DNA from: Candidatus Krumholzibacteriia bacterium
GTDB lineage: Bacteria > Krumholzibacteriota > Krumholzibacteriia > Krumholzibacteriales > Krumholzibacteriaceae
Direction of reading: 5' to 3'
NCBI GenBank assembly: GCA_963836185.1
Contig: CAWIIQ010000001.1
Coordinates: forward strand, 1,696,001-1,760,000
Length of the DNA stretch: 64,000 bases
Positions within the stretch are counted from its first letter, which is position 1. Every line of letters starts with the position of its first letter. A program made the translations under genes and the position numbers. The notes beneath the pieces are model-generated. The model was not told where the DNA came from. It searched no databases and saw only the letters and a program-made list of their open reading frames with translations. This document shows, piece after piece, positions 9,144-18,995 of this stretch.

Positions 9144-10688
9144 TCATGGGGTTGCTGTCGTGACTTCGTTACTGCGTGAGTACTGCCCACCCATATCGTA
9201 GACCAGTACTCTATAGTAGTACGAATTCGCTCCGTTGTCAAGCCCCGTATCGTCGAACCATGTGATTTCCCTGTTAGTTAGGACGCTCACGAGCTGCGAC
9301 GTTTCTGTGACTCCGGGCGATGTATCCCTGTATATCCGGTACTCCGAGAAGTCTGAGTCCGGATTTATAGTCCATTCCAGAGTAAGCCTGTCCGAACCGA
9401 TGGATGAAGGATCGCTCAGCACGACCGGGACAGGCAGCGCATCGAATGTCGACGCTGCTATCTCGTTGCTCCCCGACGCCTCACCCAGGTCGTTCGTCAC
9501 GTATACCCTGTAGTAGTAGGTAACACCCTGGTCGAGGTCGGAATCTGGATAGGTGGTCTGGCTCTTGAAATCCAGGCCCTGGACAAAGAGGGCCGGGTCG
9601 TCAGTGACACCAGGCTGCGTATCCCTGAATATCGTGTAGGCAGCGAAGTCTGTTTCCTGTGATTCCTCCCACCGGATAGTTATCATGCTCGTCGTAGAAT
9701 CGATAGATCCTATAAGCAGAACAGGTTCAGGAGGATCGGTAAAAGAGATACGGTCGGACCATTCGAGGGGAACGGACTGGTTCCCCACACGATCCGTAAA
9801 ACTACCTACTACAATCAGATCAGTTCCCCTGAAGATAGAAGGGAACGTGTAATCAGCCTCGTAACTTCCGTCTCCGGCGACAGGATCCCCTCCCCTGCCG
9901 TCATCGAAGAGATCTATCGGTCCCGCATTGAGACCCTCTATCTCAACGGAGGCAATACCGCCTGATTCATTGCCCTCTACGTCCATCGCGAGGTGAATTG
10001 TCGATCCGACACTGTATGTGTGCGGTTCAGGCGTGATCGCGAGGTCCTCGATCGCTGAATATGTATCCAGTTCTATCGTCGCGCTTACTGGCGGAGACAG
10101 GGCTCCCGACTGATCCTGGAACGAAGCATAGACCGTCTTCGGCCCGTCACCCTCCGTGAGCATCCAAGTCCGCGCTTGAGAGTAAGCTTCCCAGACAGTG
10201 GATCCGAAATCAGGGACATCCGATATACGCATCACTGCTGTCGAAGCCGGAGCGGTCAGGGCCAGTTCGACTACCATCGAACCGGTATATTCCAGCCCTG
10301 CGTTTATAAGCATCGAGTAGACAGAGGGCATGGCAGGGGCAGGTTCAGACCGGGCGCTCTCAACGCCGGATGATCCTACGGAAGAGATCGAATAGAAGTA
10401 CTGGAGCCCGTTCGTTACGTTCTCATCCACAAAAAAGGTATCGACCGTCTCGATTATCCGCACCCAGGCTTCTCCCAGCGTACTGGACCTGTAGAGCCTG
10501 TAAGAGGCCGCTTCCTCGACAGACGGCCATGAGAGGGCGATCTGCCCGTCCCCGGTGATGGTCCTTATGTTGACGGGCGCCTGCAGGCCCTCATCCTCTA
10601 TTTCCAGCGGTACTTCCTCGATATCGTCGAGACAGGATGGCAGCAGAACTGCCGCAATGAGCAGTATGAATAACATCTTCTTGGTCAT
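9144..10688 (-). CDS. Surface lipoprotein with fibronectin type III repeats and a choice-of-anchor-X-like motif
   Basis: Lipobox LPSC; three FN3-like units (W...Y.(L/I)(Y/F)R...Y(Y/F)Y); LFDDGRGGDPVAGDGSY. Confidence 0.8.
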   Translation of the reverse strand: MTKKMLFILLIAAVLLPSCLDDIEEVPLEIEDEGLQAPVNIRTITGDGQIALSWPSVEEAASYRLYRSSTLGEAWVRIIETVDTFFVDENVTNGLQYFYSISSVGSSGVESARSEPAPAMPSVYSMLINAGLEYTGSMVVELALTAPASTAVMRISDVPDFGSTVWEAYSQARTWMLTEGDGPKTVYASFQDQSGALSPPVSATIELDTYSAIEDLAITPEPHTYSVGSTIHLAMDVEGNESGGIASVEIEGLNAGPIDLFDDGRGGDPVAGDGSYEADYTFPSIFRGTDLIVVGSFTDRVGNQSVPLEWSDRISFTDPPEPVLLIGSIDSTTSMITIRWEESQETDFAAYTIFRDTQPGVTDDPALFVQGLDFKSQTTYPDSDLDQGVTYYYRVYVTNDLGEASGSNEIAASTFDALPVPVVLSDPSSIGSDRLTLEWTINPDSDFSEYRIYRDTSPGVTETSQLVSVLTNREITWFDDTGLDNGANSYYYRVLVYDMGGQYSRSNEVTTATP

Positions 10689-10706
10689 CAGTCTTTCCTC
10701 CGCTTA

Positions 10707-11807
10707 TCAGAATCTGTATACGAAAGATGCATGGGTCGGACCCGCGTCAAAGGAGAGATCGGATGGCGGGGCATCTTCCTGCCCCGGTATAAAGGTATCG
10801 ATCACTCCCAGGGCCCATATTCCCGCCAGGACTCCAAAGGATACGTTCCTCCAGCCTCGCGTCTTGTCGACATCGGCCCAGTACTCAGAAGACCGGCTTT
10901 GATAATATTCCTTATCCTCTACTGTGTCGGCGTTGTCAAAATATTCCAGGTTTAACTCGTAGGCATCGACAGCTTGGTCGTAAGTGTTGAGGTAATCGAG
11001 CGCGACGAGAGCTGATACCGTCGATGCCAGGGAGAATAAAACGCCTCTGGAACTCTTACCCTGGTAGAACTGCCCCCTCCCGGGCCGCAGTAATGAGAGA
11101 ATGGCTGCCTTGGCTGTGCTCGCTCCTGATCCTGTTATCTCTACGACAGAGCCTCCGGCTGTGACCGTGGTCCTAGGTGGATTGCCGACTATCCAGGGAT
11201 CGATGAGCTGAAAGGCATACATATATCCCGTATATGCGAGACAGCGTTTTCTATGAGTATTCTGGACGTTGAGATCGCGAGACGCCTGATTGGCGTCGAT
11301 AACGATACTCTCCTTGTCCTCTATGTTATCGGCTGCATCCAGCTGTTCCATCAGGTTAGTGTACCTGTTCTCTATGTGCTGATATTCATGCTGTTCTCTC
11401 AGCGTCACCAGGCCCGCCATCACTATCGATGCGAGATCTGTCCAGCCTGCATGTTTTCTGCCGACGTGGATCGAGCCCCAGCCCGGCACGATATTTCGAG
11501 CGAAAGTACCGAGGCGGTTGCCCCTTACCGACGCCACACCGTTATCATCCAGCGACAGGTAACCCCTCCTTACTTCGTACCCACGCCCCCTCACCGTCAG
11601 ATGATATGTCAGGCCCGGTTCGAGTTCACAGATCGTCAGCGGGACCGTACCGCTCATCATGACACCTTTGCTCAGCTGCACGAGAAGGTCCCCGGAATCA
11701 CCCGAGAAGTGCAGGCAACTCTGTGCACCGGCCTGACCGGACAGCGCGACAAACCCTACAGTCACAATGATCAACAGTATCAATGATCTCTTCATCAGAA
11801 TCTCCAC
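10707..11807 (-). CDS. Hypothetical exported membrane protein with two DUF5683-like repeats
   Basis: Signal peptide; repeated PGWGSIHVG / PGRGQFYQG unit with hydrophobic helix, coiled coil and second helix; ends ASFVYRF. Confidence 0.65.
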   Translation of the reverse strand: MEILMKRSLILLIIVTVGFVALSGQAGAQSCLHFSGDSGDLLVQLSKGVMMSGTVPLTICELEPGLTYHLTVRGRGYEVRRGYLSLDDNGVASVRGNRLGTFARNIVPGWGSIHVGRKHAGWTDLASIVMAGLVTLREQHEYQHIENRYTNLMEQLDAADNIEDKESIVIDANQASRDLNVQNTHRKRCLAYTGYMYAFQLIDPWIVGNPPRTTVTAGGSVVEITGSGASTAKAAILSLLRPGRGQFYQGKSSRGVLFSLASTVSALVALDYLNTYDQAVDAYELNLEYFDNADTVEDKEYYQSRSSEYWADVDKTRGWRNVSFGVLAGIWALGVIDTFIPGQEDAPPSDLSFDAGPTHASFVYRF

Positions 11808-11813
11808 GCCCCT

Positions 11814-12530
11814 CTATTTCTCATCATCTTCAGTATATCCATAATACTTGTAGTCATAATAGTACGGCAGGACTTCCGAAAGGTTGTTTACTACAACTCC
11901 CAGAAGGTTTGCGTTGGCGTCGAGAAGAATGTTCTTCGCCCTCAACGAGACATTCCTGGGAGTCATCCCCGCGAGAAGCACCAGAACGACTCCATCGACG
12001 ACACTCGAAATCAGCATCGGATCGCTGACGGGGATTATCGGAGCGCTGTCCACTATCACTATATCGTAGTAGAATTTTATCTTCTCAAAGATCTCGGTCA
12101 TCACGTCGCCCTCGAAGAGGTGCGCCGGTGACTTGACCCTTCTTCCAGCCGGTATGACCTTGAGATTCTCGATCGGAGTGTCTTTCACGGCCTCCATCGG
12201 ATCGATCTCACCGGTCAGGCACTCATACAGCCCGGGCTCTTTCGGCACATCGAAGATCTGGTGAAGCCTCGGCCTCCTGAGGTCGGCGTCGACCACGAGA
12301 GATTTCTTCCCTCTGAATCTCGCCACGGTGATTGCCAGGTGGGAAGCGACTGTGCTCTTTCCCTCTCCCCTGTTGGCGCTCGTTACAAGAAAACTCCTCT
12401 TGGGGTTTCTCCCGTCGATATGCCTGATATTCGAATAGAGGCGTCTCATCTCCGTAGCAATGGGACTCTCCTGGTCGAAGATATCGTATATCGTCTGCCT
12501 CTCGTCCTTCTCCAAATTACTACCTTCCAA
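11814..12530 (-). CDS. CpsD/CapB-family bacterial tyrosine kinase (Wzc C-terminal half)
   Basis: GEGKST, VVDADLRRP, IVDSAP; Tyr cluster YYYDYKYYGY. Confidence 0.93.
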   Translation of the reverse strand: MEGSNLEKDERQTIYDIFDQESPIATEMRRLYSNIRHIDGRNPKRSFLVTSANRGEGKSTVASHLAITVARFRGKKSLVVDADLRRPRLHQIFDVPKEPGLYECLTGEIDPMEAVKDTPIENLKVIPAGRRVKSPAHLFEGDVMTEIFEKIKFYYDIVIVDSAPIIPVSDPMLISSVVDGVVLVLLAGMTPRNVSLRAKNILLDANANLLGVVVNNLSEVLPYYYDYKYYGYTEDDEK

Positions 12531-14193
12531 GAAGATCCTCGCTCAGTTCTACCCCTATGCTGGATTCCTGCAGTGCCTTGGCGTATATAAACATGGCGCC
12601 TGAGATCATCGTGATGAAGAGCAACATGCCTATCGACCAGATCAGGATCATCCTTCCGCGTTTCCTTTTCTCCCACGCGAAGTGAGAGACCGTCTTCGGT
12701 ATCGTTCCAAGGACCGGGAGCTTCAGGATCTTCTGGACCTCATCGACTGTCCTGAACGAATCATCCATATATTCAGTGACTAGTATCGATCCGAAGCCGC
12801 AGATAAGCCCGAACATGGCTGCGATGAGGATGACCTTTATCTTGTCGGGTTTGACGGGCGAGATCGGCCTCTCCGCCTTCTCTATGATGCTGATCCTGAC
12901 ACCGAGATTGGTACTCTGTATCGCCTCGTTGATCTGTGCCGAAGTCTTGGATTCGAGGAAAGCATCATAGATCGCCTGGTTCGTCTCGACCTCATGCGTC
13001 AGCTTTCCCACCTCTCGCTCCAGCTGCGGCCTTCTGCTGATATTCTCCCTGTACTGCTCTATATAACCGTTCAGTTTTCTTTCGGTAGTGCGGAAAAAAT
13101 TCGCCTGTTTACGCTGGAAGAAATACTCTGTGATCAACGGTTTCACGTCATTGGAGAACTCGCCGTACTCGTCATGGACGATCGCCGCGATCCTGCTCCT
13201 CACTTCCTCCCACAACGCCTCATATGCGGTCAGATCGGTGACTCCTTCGTCGTTCCCGGCCAGTTCCTGGAGTATCCTCTCCTCTGTATCGGCCAGGATC
13301 TGACGTTCGAGGTTATTCAGGGTCTCATCGTTCGAGATGCGGTCAGTCGAGGGGATCATACCGAAAACGGTCGTCAATCTCTCTCTGACACGGTTCAGTC
13401 CCATTTCATTTCTACCGACCTGGGCACCGAGAGAATTGACTCTGGCTTCGGCCGCATGAACGTTTGTGCCGTTGATAGGATTTCTTCCGGCACTCGTCGT
13501 AGCGAGCTCTCTTCCGATCCTGTCGAGTTCTTTCTCCGAATCCTCGAGCTTTTCCTTGTAGATAGCGAGCTGTTCGTCACTGAACGCGCCCGCCTGTCGC
13601 AATCCCTGGAGCTTTGCCTGCTGTGTGACCTCGATATATTTGTCACTGATCTTTGACGCCAGGACATGGGCGGTTCCCGGGTCAGAATCCAGGACGCTGA
13701 TTGCGAAGAAACCGGGGAGAGTCGTCCTGACGCTGATCTTGTTCCGCAGGATCCTGACGAGACTTCTCAACGTGAGTTCTTCCCCGGAAAGCCCCTCGGG
13801 ATCAGAGTTTTCCTCGGAAGGTGTCCTCAGCTCATATGCCCTCTGAAGCCCGAGGTCCATTATGACTCCCTCAAGGAACTCCCGGCTCATCAATCTGGTC
13901 TCGATCATAGCCTGGAAGCGCCTGCTCCGGTCCTGCCGGCGGTCCTCCATGGGCGTCACGTACCTGCTCATTGTGCCGGCGAGAATATTCTGTTCTTCGG
14001 CTGAGACCAGGGTAGAGGATTCATAGATCGGCGTAAGTTCCCTTACTCCAAGGAATGCAATAGTGAGCGACAGTATGACAGGAACGAAGAGAAAGAACTT
14101 CTTCCTCCAGAATATCTTCCAGTAGGAATAAAGGTCTATCTTCTGCTCATCATCTTCAGGAACGAATTTACGGACATTCTCCAATTTGATCAC
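12520..14193 (-). CDS. Polysaccharide co-polymerase (Wzz/GumC; Wzc N-terminal half)
   Basis: IDLYSYW.IFWRKK, PIYESST, coiled coil, AERPISPVKP plus TM helix, LKLPVLGTIP. Confidence 0.9.
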   Translation of the reverse strand: MIKLENVRKFVPEDDEQKIDLYSYWKIFWRKKFFLFVPVILSLTIAFLGVRELTPIYESSTLVSAEEQNILAGTMSRYVTPMEDRRQDRSRRFQAMIETRLMSREFLEGVIMDLGLQRAYELRTPSEENSDPEGLSGEELTLRSLVRILRNKISVRTTLPGFFAISVLDSDPGTAHVLASKISDKYIEVTQQAKLQGLRQAGAFSDEQLAIYKEKLEDSEKELDRIGRELATTSAGRNPINGTNVHAAEARVNSLGAQVGRNEMGLNRVRERLTTVFGMIPSTDRISNDETLNNLERQILADTEERILQELAGNDEGVTDLTAYEALWEEVRSRIAAIVHDEYGEFSNDVKPLITEYFFQRKQANFFRTTERKLNGYIEQYRENISRRPQLEREVGKLTHEVETNQAIYDAFLESKTSAQINEAIQSTNLGVRISIIEKAERPISPVKPDKIKVILIAAMFGLICGFGSILVTEYMDDSFRTVDEVQKILKLPVLGTIPKTVSHFAWEKRKRGRMILIWSIGMLLFITMISGAMFIYAKALQESSIGVELSEDLLGR

Positions 14194-15128
14194 CTGTTGA
14201 CTATAGCGTAGACTGCTCCATAAGCTGTAACCGCAGCGAGCCAGAAAGTCGGGCTCTTCAATACTGCTAACGCCGTGTTCTGTGCCGGAACGCTGACTGT
14301 ATCATCTGCAAGGATCAGCGGATTGTGCCTGATATCCCCTGTCTCCAGATAGCGTTTGAAGTCAAAAGTCATGGTCAGCTGGCCCCCGTCGGGCAGGGTC
14401 CTGATCACTTTGACCTTTTCCATCCTGGCGTTTTCGGCCCCTCCTCCAGCAGCAAGTATCGCGTCGACAAGGGTCTTATCGCCGGAAAGCATGTATGGCC
14501 CCGGCGTTCTTACAGCGCCGATCACTCGAATCGAACCCGTGGCGGCATGCATCGCCGTACTCTCGGATACGATCACGGCATCGCCCGGGTGGAGAACGGG
14601 AAGGTCGTCGAGATTTCCCGATTCTATCGCCGCCTGGAGATCGACAAGCATGGTTCGCTGCCCTTCTCCTTCAGCCCTGATGATCCTCACTGTCCCGAGT
14701 GCCGCGGTCGATGTCGCTCCTCCGGCCTCCCTGATAGCTTCCCATACGGTAGGATTCTTTTCGAAACCATACTTTCCGGGGGTCACGACCTGCCCATGGA
14801 CGTAGATTATCCTCCTCGATTCTTCACCTAGAAGATTGATCGAGATGGACTGGACGCTCGGATAGATATCCCTCAACGCTCTCAGCAGGACATCCTCCGC
14901 ATCATCGAGTGCCATGCCGCCGATCATGATCTCTCCGACGATCGGGATGGAAACACGACCGGCCTCGTCGATGATGAGTGTTCTGTCGAGTTCGGATCGC
15001 TGGGGGACTGACAGCTCTATCCTGTCACCGGGCCTTAGACTGACCTCCTGGGCCCGCAGGCTGAATGCCAGACAAAGCACGGCGAGTATGATCCCTGATT
15101 TCTTAAAGCCTTTCATCTTGCCTCTCAT
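14190..15128 (-). CDS. wza: Polysaccharide export protein (Poly_export plus SLBB domains)
   Basis: LRPGDRI, GRVSIPIVGEI, two V.G.V..PG.Y / AI..AGG SLBB units, C-terminal amphipathic helix. Confidence 0.88.
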   Translation of the reverse strand: MRGKMKGFKKSGIILAVLCLAFSLRAQEVSLRPGDRIELSVPQRSELDRTLIIDEAGRVSIPIVGEIMIGGMALDDAEDVLLRALRDIYPSVQSISINLLGEESRRIIYVHGQVVTPGKYGFEKNPTVWEAIREAGGATSTAALGTVRIIRAEGEGQRTMLVDLQAAIESGNLDDLPVLHPGDAVIVSESTAMHAATGSIRVIGAVRTPGPYMLSGDKTLVDAILAAGGGAENARMEKVKVIRTLPDGGQLTMTFDFKRYLETGDIRHNPLILADDTVSVPAQNTALAVLKSPTFWLAAVTAYGAVYAIVNR

Positions 15129-15183
15129 GTCGGCCTCTAAGGTATCCGCAGTCCTTCACGCAAGTAAAGAAAAAAGGGGAAGA

Positions 15184-16125
15184 TCAACGTGTTCCGGACT
15201 GTTTGTACCACTCGACCGTTCTCTTCAATCCCTCCTCGAAACCTGTCTCAACGGAGTAACCGAACAGTTTCTCCGCCATCGAAATATCCGCTTGTGAATG
15301 TTTTACATCACCCGGTCTCGGATCCTCATAGACCGGATCGATCGATACGCCTGTCAATTCACAGAGCATACCGTACAACTCGTTCAGCGTAAATCTTCCG
15401 CCGCAGGCGACATTTATGACCTGTCCTGCCGCTTCTCCCCATCTGGCCGCCATGATGTTCGCCTTGACGATATTTTCGACATATGTAAAATCCCTGCTCT
15501 GCTCCCCGTCTCCATAGATCGTGGGGCTCTTTCCCTCGAGCAGCTTTGTGACGAAGATCGGTATGACCGCCGCGTACTGCGAGGCCGGATCCTGCCTCGG
15601 GCCGAACACGTTAAAATAGCGTATGCTGACAGTCGGCATCCCGTATACCTTCGAATAGACAGAGCAGTAATGTTCTCCCACGAGTTTGCTTACCGCGTAA
15701 GGAGAAAGGGGGGCGGGCAACATGTCTTCCCTCTTGGGATGGACCTCACTGTCACCGTACGCCGATGAGGATGCCGCGTACACCAGGCCCTTGACTTTTG
15801 CCTGTCGCGACTCCTCGAGCACCGTCAGGGTACCGCCGACATTGACCTCGTTGACGAGAACAGGCTCTTCGATGCTCCGCGGAACCGACGCCAGCGCAGC
15901 CTGATGGAGGACGTAATCAACGCCGTCGAGCGCCGCTCTTACCTCGGATGCCTCCCTGATGTCGCCTTTTATAAATCTTATCCCCTGCCGGAAATGCTCT
16001 ATGTTCCCCTCGTGGCCCGTAGAAAGGTTGTCGAAGACAACTACTTCTTCCCCCATCTCCACGAGTTTCTCCGCGATGTTGGATCCGATGAACCCAGCCC
16101 CTCCGGTTACAAGATATCGAGCCAT
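15184..16125 (-). CDS. NAD-dependent nucleotide-sugar epimerase (WbpP-like extended SDR)
   Basis: TGGAGFIG, HQAALASVPRS, YAVSK, RYFNVFGPRQDP. Confidence 0.92.
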   Translation of the reverse strand: MARYLVTGGAGFIGSNIAEKLVEMGEEVVVFDNLSTGHEGNIEHFRQGIRFIKGDIREASEVRAALDGVDYVLHQAALASVPRSIEEPVLVNEVNVGGTLTVLEESRQAKVKGLVYAASSSAYGDSEVHPKREDMLPAPLSPYAVSKLVGEHYCSVYSKVYGMPTVSIRYFNVFGPRQDPASQYAAVIPIFVTKLLEGKSPTIYGDGEQSRDFTYVENIVKANIMAARWGEAAGQVINVACGGRFTLNELYGMLCELTGVSIDPVYEDPRPGDVKHSQADISMAEKLFGYSVETGFEEGLKRTVEWYKQSGTR

Positions 16126-16147
16126 GTATCCTCCGTTCCGGCGTATA

Positions 16148-17443
16148 TTACATTGTGACGATGCTGTCGGAGTCGAATTCCTTCAGCACGTTTCTGGCAT
16201 CGAAGATCATCGGACAGTTATCCACGAGCAGAGAGTAATCTACTTCGGTATGACCCGTCACGATGATGGCGCAGTCCATGCCTGCCACCGCGTCCGCGGA
16301 GTATTCCAGGTGCGTGGCCGACTCGCTCTCCTCTTCAAGAGCCTTGACGAATGGATCGTTCCAGTAAATTTCAGCGCCTTTCATATCGAGCAGGCGTATG
16401 ATGTCGTAGGCGGGAGATTCTCTCGTATCATCGATGTCCTTCTTGTACGAGACACCCATGATGAGGATCTTGGAACCGTTAAGGCATTTCTTCCTGTCGT
16501 TCAGCGCCTCAGATACTCTCACCACGACATACCCCGGCATGTCACCGTTGATCACTCCGGCGAGCTCGATGAACCTCGCATCGAATCCGCTCTGCTTTGC
16601 CTTCCAGGAGAGATAGAACGGATCGATAGGTATGCAGTGACCGCCCAGTCCCGGACCGGGATAGAACGGCATAAATCCGAACGGCTTTGTCGCCGCGGCA
16701 TCTATCACTTCCCAGACATTTATACCCATCCTGTTGCACATCATCGCGATCTCGTTCACCAGGCCGATGTTAACGCTTCTGAAAGTGTTCTCCAGCAGCT
16801 TGACCGTTTCCGCAACCCGTGTCGAGCTCACGGCAACCGGATTCATCCCCGCCGCGGAGTACAACATCGCCGCCAATTCGGTGCAGGCCGGCGTAACTCC
16901 GCCGACGACCTTGGGTATATTCTTTGTCGTGAATTTTTCGTTTCCGGGATCGACCCTCTCAGGAGAAAAAGCGAGGTAGAAATCTTTTCCCACCTTCAAC
17001 CCGGTCTCCTCGAGTATAGGCAGCATGACCTCTTCTGTCGTACCAGGATAAGTAGTGCTCTCGAGTATGATCAGCTGTCCCTCATGGAGATATTTTCTGA
17101 TCATTTTGAGCGCAGCCACTATGTAGGAGATATCAGGGTCCTTCGTCTTCCTCAGCGGCGTAGGAACTGCGATATTTATCGTATCGACTTCTGACAGCAC
17201 GGAAAAATCATCCGTGGCGCTGAGGATACCCGATCCTACCACCTCGGAAAGTTCATCCCCTGCGACATCGCCGATATAGCTCCTGCCGGCATTGACTTCC
17301 GTGATCTTCCTTCCGTCAATGTCGATCCCCACTGTTTTCAGGCCTGCCTTGGAAAACTCCACCGCGAGTGGAAGCCCTACATATCCCAGTCCGATAACGC
17401 ACTGCAGCCCTTTGTTTTCAGCTAGTTTTTCCCTTAGTCCCAA
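16148..17443 (-). CDS. UDP-N-acetylglucosamine 6-dehydrogenase (WbpA/WecC family)
   Basis: GLGYVGLP, VPTP, ESTTYPGTT, SPER, KLLENTFR, GGHCIPIDP; TTG start. Confidence 0.93.
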   Translation of the reverse strand: MGLREKLAENKGLQCVIGLGYVGLPLAVEFSKAGLKTVGIDIDGRKITEVNAGRSYIGDVAGDELSEVVGSGILSATDDFSVLSEVDTINIAVPTPLRKTKDPDISYIVAALKMIRKYLHEGQLIILESTTYPGTTEEVMLPILEETGLKVGKDFYLAFSPERVDPGNEKFTTKNIPKVVGGVTPACTELAAMLYSAAGMNPVAVSSTRVAETVKLLENTFRSVNIGLVNEIAMMCNRMGINVWEVIDAAATKPFGFMPFYPGPGLGGHCIPIDPFYLSWKAKQSGFDARFIELAGVINGDMPGYVVVRVSEALNDRKKCLNGSKILIMGVSYKKDIDDTRESPAYDIIRLLDMKGAEIYWNDPFVKALEEESESATHLEYSADAVAGMDCAIIVTGHTEVDYSLLVDNCPMIFDARNVLKEFDSDSIVTM

Positions 17444-17475
17444 ACTCGTCCCCCTTTCAGGATACCGGAGTCCAG

Positions 17476-17502
17476 ATTATACCAATTATTCCCTGGCGTC
17501 AA
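17476..17502 (-). promoter_or_regulatory. Extended -10 sigma-70 promoter of the EPS operon
   Basis: TGG-TATAAT, with TTGACG 15 nt upstream of the hexamer (short spacing). Confidence 0.45.
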
Positions 17503-17507
17503 AGGTT

Positions 17508-18557
17508 TCAAGTGCGCCCGGCGAATTCGAGGCTGGAATAAGTCCTGATGCTGTTCTTGCCATCCGACTTCGCTTTATACAGGGCTGTGTCCGCCCTGTC
17601 TATGATCTTCTCGACACTCGAAGCATCTTCGGGATAAACGGAGATCCCGATACTGCAGGTGAGAAGTCCAGGCGTCTTTCCGTCAAACAGGTATTCCCTC
17701 ACCCTTTCGAGAACCCTCTCCCCGTACACGATCGCTCCCTCTCCGGATGTGCCCGGGAGCAGTATCCCGAACTCATCTCCCCCGTACTTCGATACAATAT
17801 CTATCTCCCTGCAGCTCTCGGCAAGGATATTGGCTATATTCGTCAAGGCCCTGCTGCCTGACAAGTGCCCGTTTTTATCATTATATTCCTTGAGGTTATC
17901 CACGTCGAGCATGAGAAAGGAGAAAGAGGAATTAAACCTCTTGGCCCTCTTGACCTCCAGCCGCAACGACCGGATGAGGAACCTGTAGTTAAATACACCT
18001 GTCAACCCGTCCGTGATCGATTCCATCTCAAGTTTGCGGTAAAGCAGGTAGTTCTCGAAAGCGATAGCCGCCTGGTTGGCCATCATCGTCAGGAGATGTA
18101 TGTCATCCTCTGTGAACTGCTGCTGATCCTGGTCCTGGATAGCCAGGATCACACCGAGAAGGGAATTCTTGGCCATAAGCGGAGCCGAGATCACCATGGA
18201 GGACCTGTCGTCGCCCTCCAGACATTCAGTAGCCAGGGTCGAAAGATCTATCGCGAAGACTCCATCGCCTGCCATAGGCACGCTCACTTCGCGGTTCAGC
18301 CAGTTCAGGATACCGTTCGATTCGGGAAGATCCTCGACGATGATCTTCCTGCCCCTGTCCTGTTTCTCTCCCGAGTACTTTACGATCCTGTGATCGTCCA
18401 CGTAGATCAGGTAGACCCTTCTTGCCGGAAGAAGATCAAGTGCGATGTTCAATATCTTGTTGAAAATGACCCTGTTGTCCTTGCCGAGGCTTATCAGGCT
18501 CGTGATCTCGGCAAAAGTACTGAAGAGTACATCTTTTTCATCGATCCTGCCGGACAT
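17508..18557 (-). CDS. GAF-GGDEF diguanylate cyclase
   Basis: TDGLTGVFN, DVDNLKEYND..GH..G, I-site REID five residues before an intact GGDEF, RADTALYKAK. Confidence 0.94.
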   Translation of the reverse strand: MSGRIDEKDVLFSTFAEITSLISLGKDNRVIFNKILNIALDLLPARRVYLIYVDDHRIVKYSGEKQDRGRKIIVEDLPESNGILNWLNREVSVPMAGDGVFAIDLSTLATECLEGDDRSSMVISAPLMAKNSLLGVILAIQDQDQQQFTEDDIHLLTMMANQAAIAFENYLLYRKLEMESITDGLTGVFNYRFLIRSLRLEVKRAKRFNSSFSFLMLDVDNLKEYNDKNGHLSGSRALTNIANILAESCREIDIVSKYGGDEFGILLPGTSGEGAIVYGERVLERVREYLFDGKTPGLLTCSIGISVYPEDASSVEKIIDRADTALYKAKSDGKNSIRTYSSLEFAGRT

Positions 18558-18594
18558 AATACTCCCTTCACGTCATCCAGACAGCCTTTCAGAC

Positions 18595-18610
18595 AGCAAG
18601 AGATATGCCA
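18595..18610 (-). promoter_or_regulatory. Sigma-54 promoter of the diguanylate cyclase
   Basis: TGGCAT-ATCTC-TTGCT, near consensus, 38 nt upstream of the ATG. Confidence 0.8.
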
Positions 18611-18674
18611 CGCTCATGAGAGAAGAAATCGATTAATCCGTTCTTAAAATAAAAGTTCCGCCGGTCAGGAGAGG

Positions 18675-18995
18675 TCAAACAGGAGGCAGTTCGCGCGGTT
18701 TCTTTCTGACATCTCGCAACTCTTTGATATTATTGATGATGAAGCGCAACAGAACGAGGATAAAGGATGCTATGAGGATCGGGAAGCCGAAGCGCTTGAG
18801 TGCCGGGCCGTCCGGATACATACCGGTAAATACCTGCAGGGTCACATACAGCAGGATGCAAAGAAAGACGAGGAGTATGATTTTCACCACAAGAACCGAG
18901 ACCGCTGCGTAATAATACTCCCTTTCCCTCCTGCGGGATTCACGTATCGGAGACCTGAAATGTCTTCTATCCGGTTTCCTCGGATTAAGTATCAT
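18675..18995 (-). CDS. Small hypothetical two-TM membrane protein
   Basis: Two hydrophobic helices and an Arg-rich N-terminus; start ATG 18995 behind GGAG, overlapping the upstream stop. Confidence 0.6.
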   Translation of the reverse strand: MILNPRKPDRRHFRSPIRESRRREREYYYAAVSVLVVKIILLVFLCILLYVTLQVFTGMYPDGPALKRFGFPILIASFILVLLRFIINNIKELRDVRKKPRELPPV

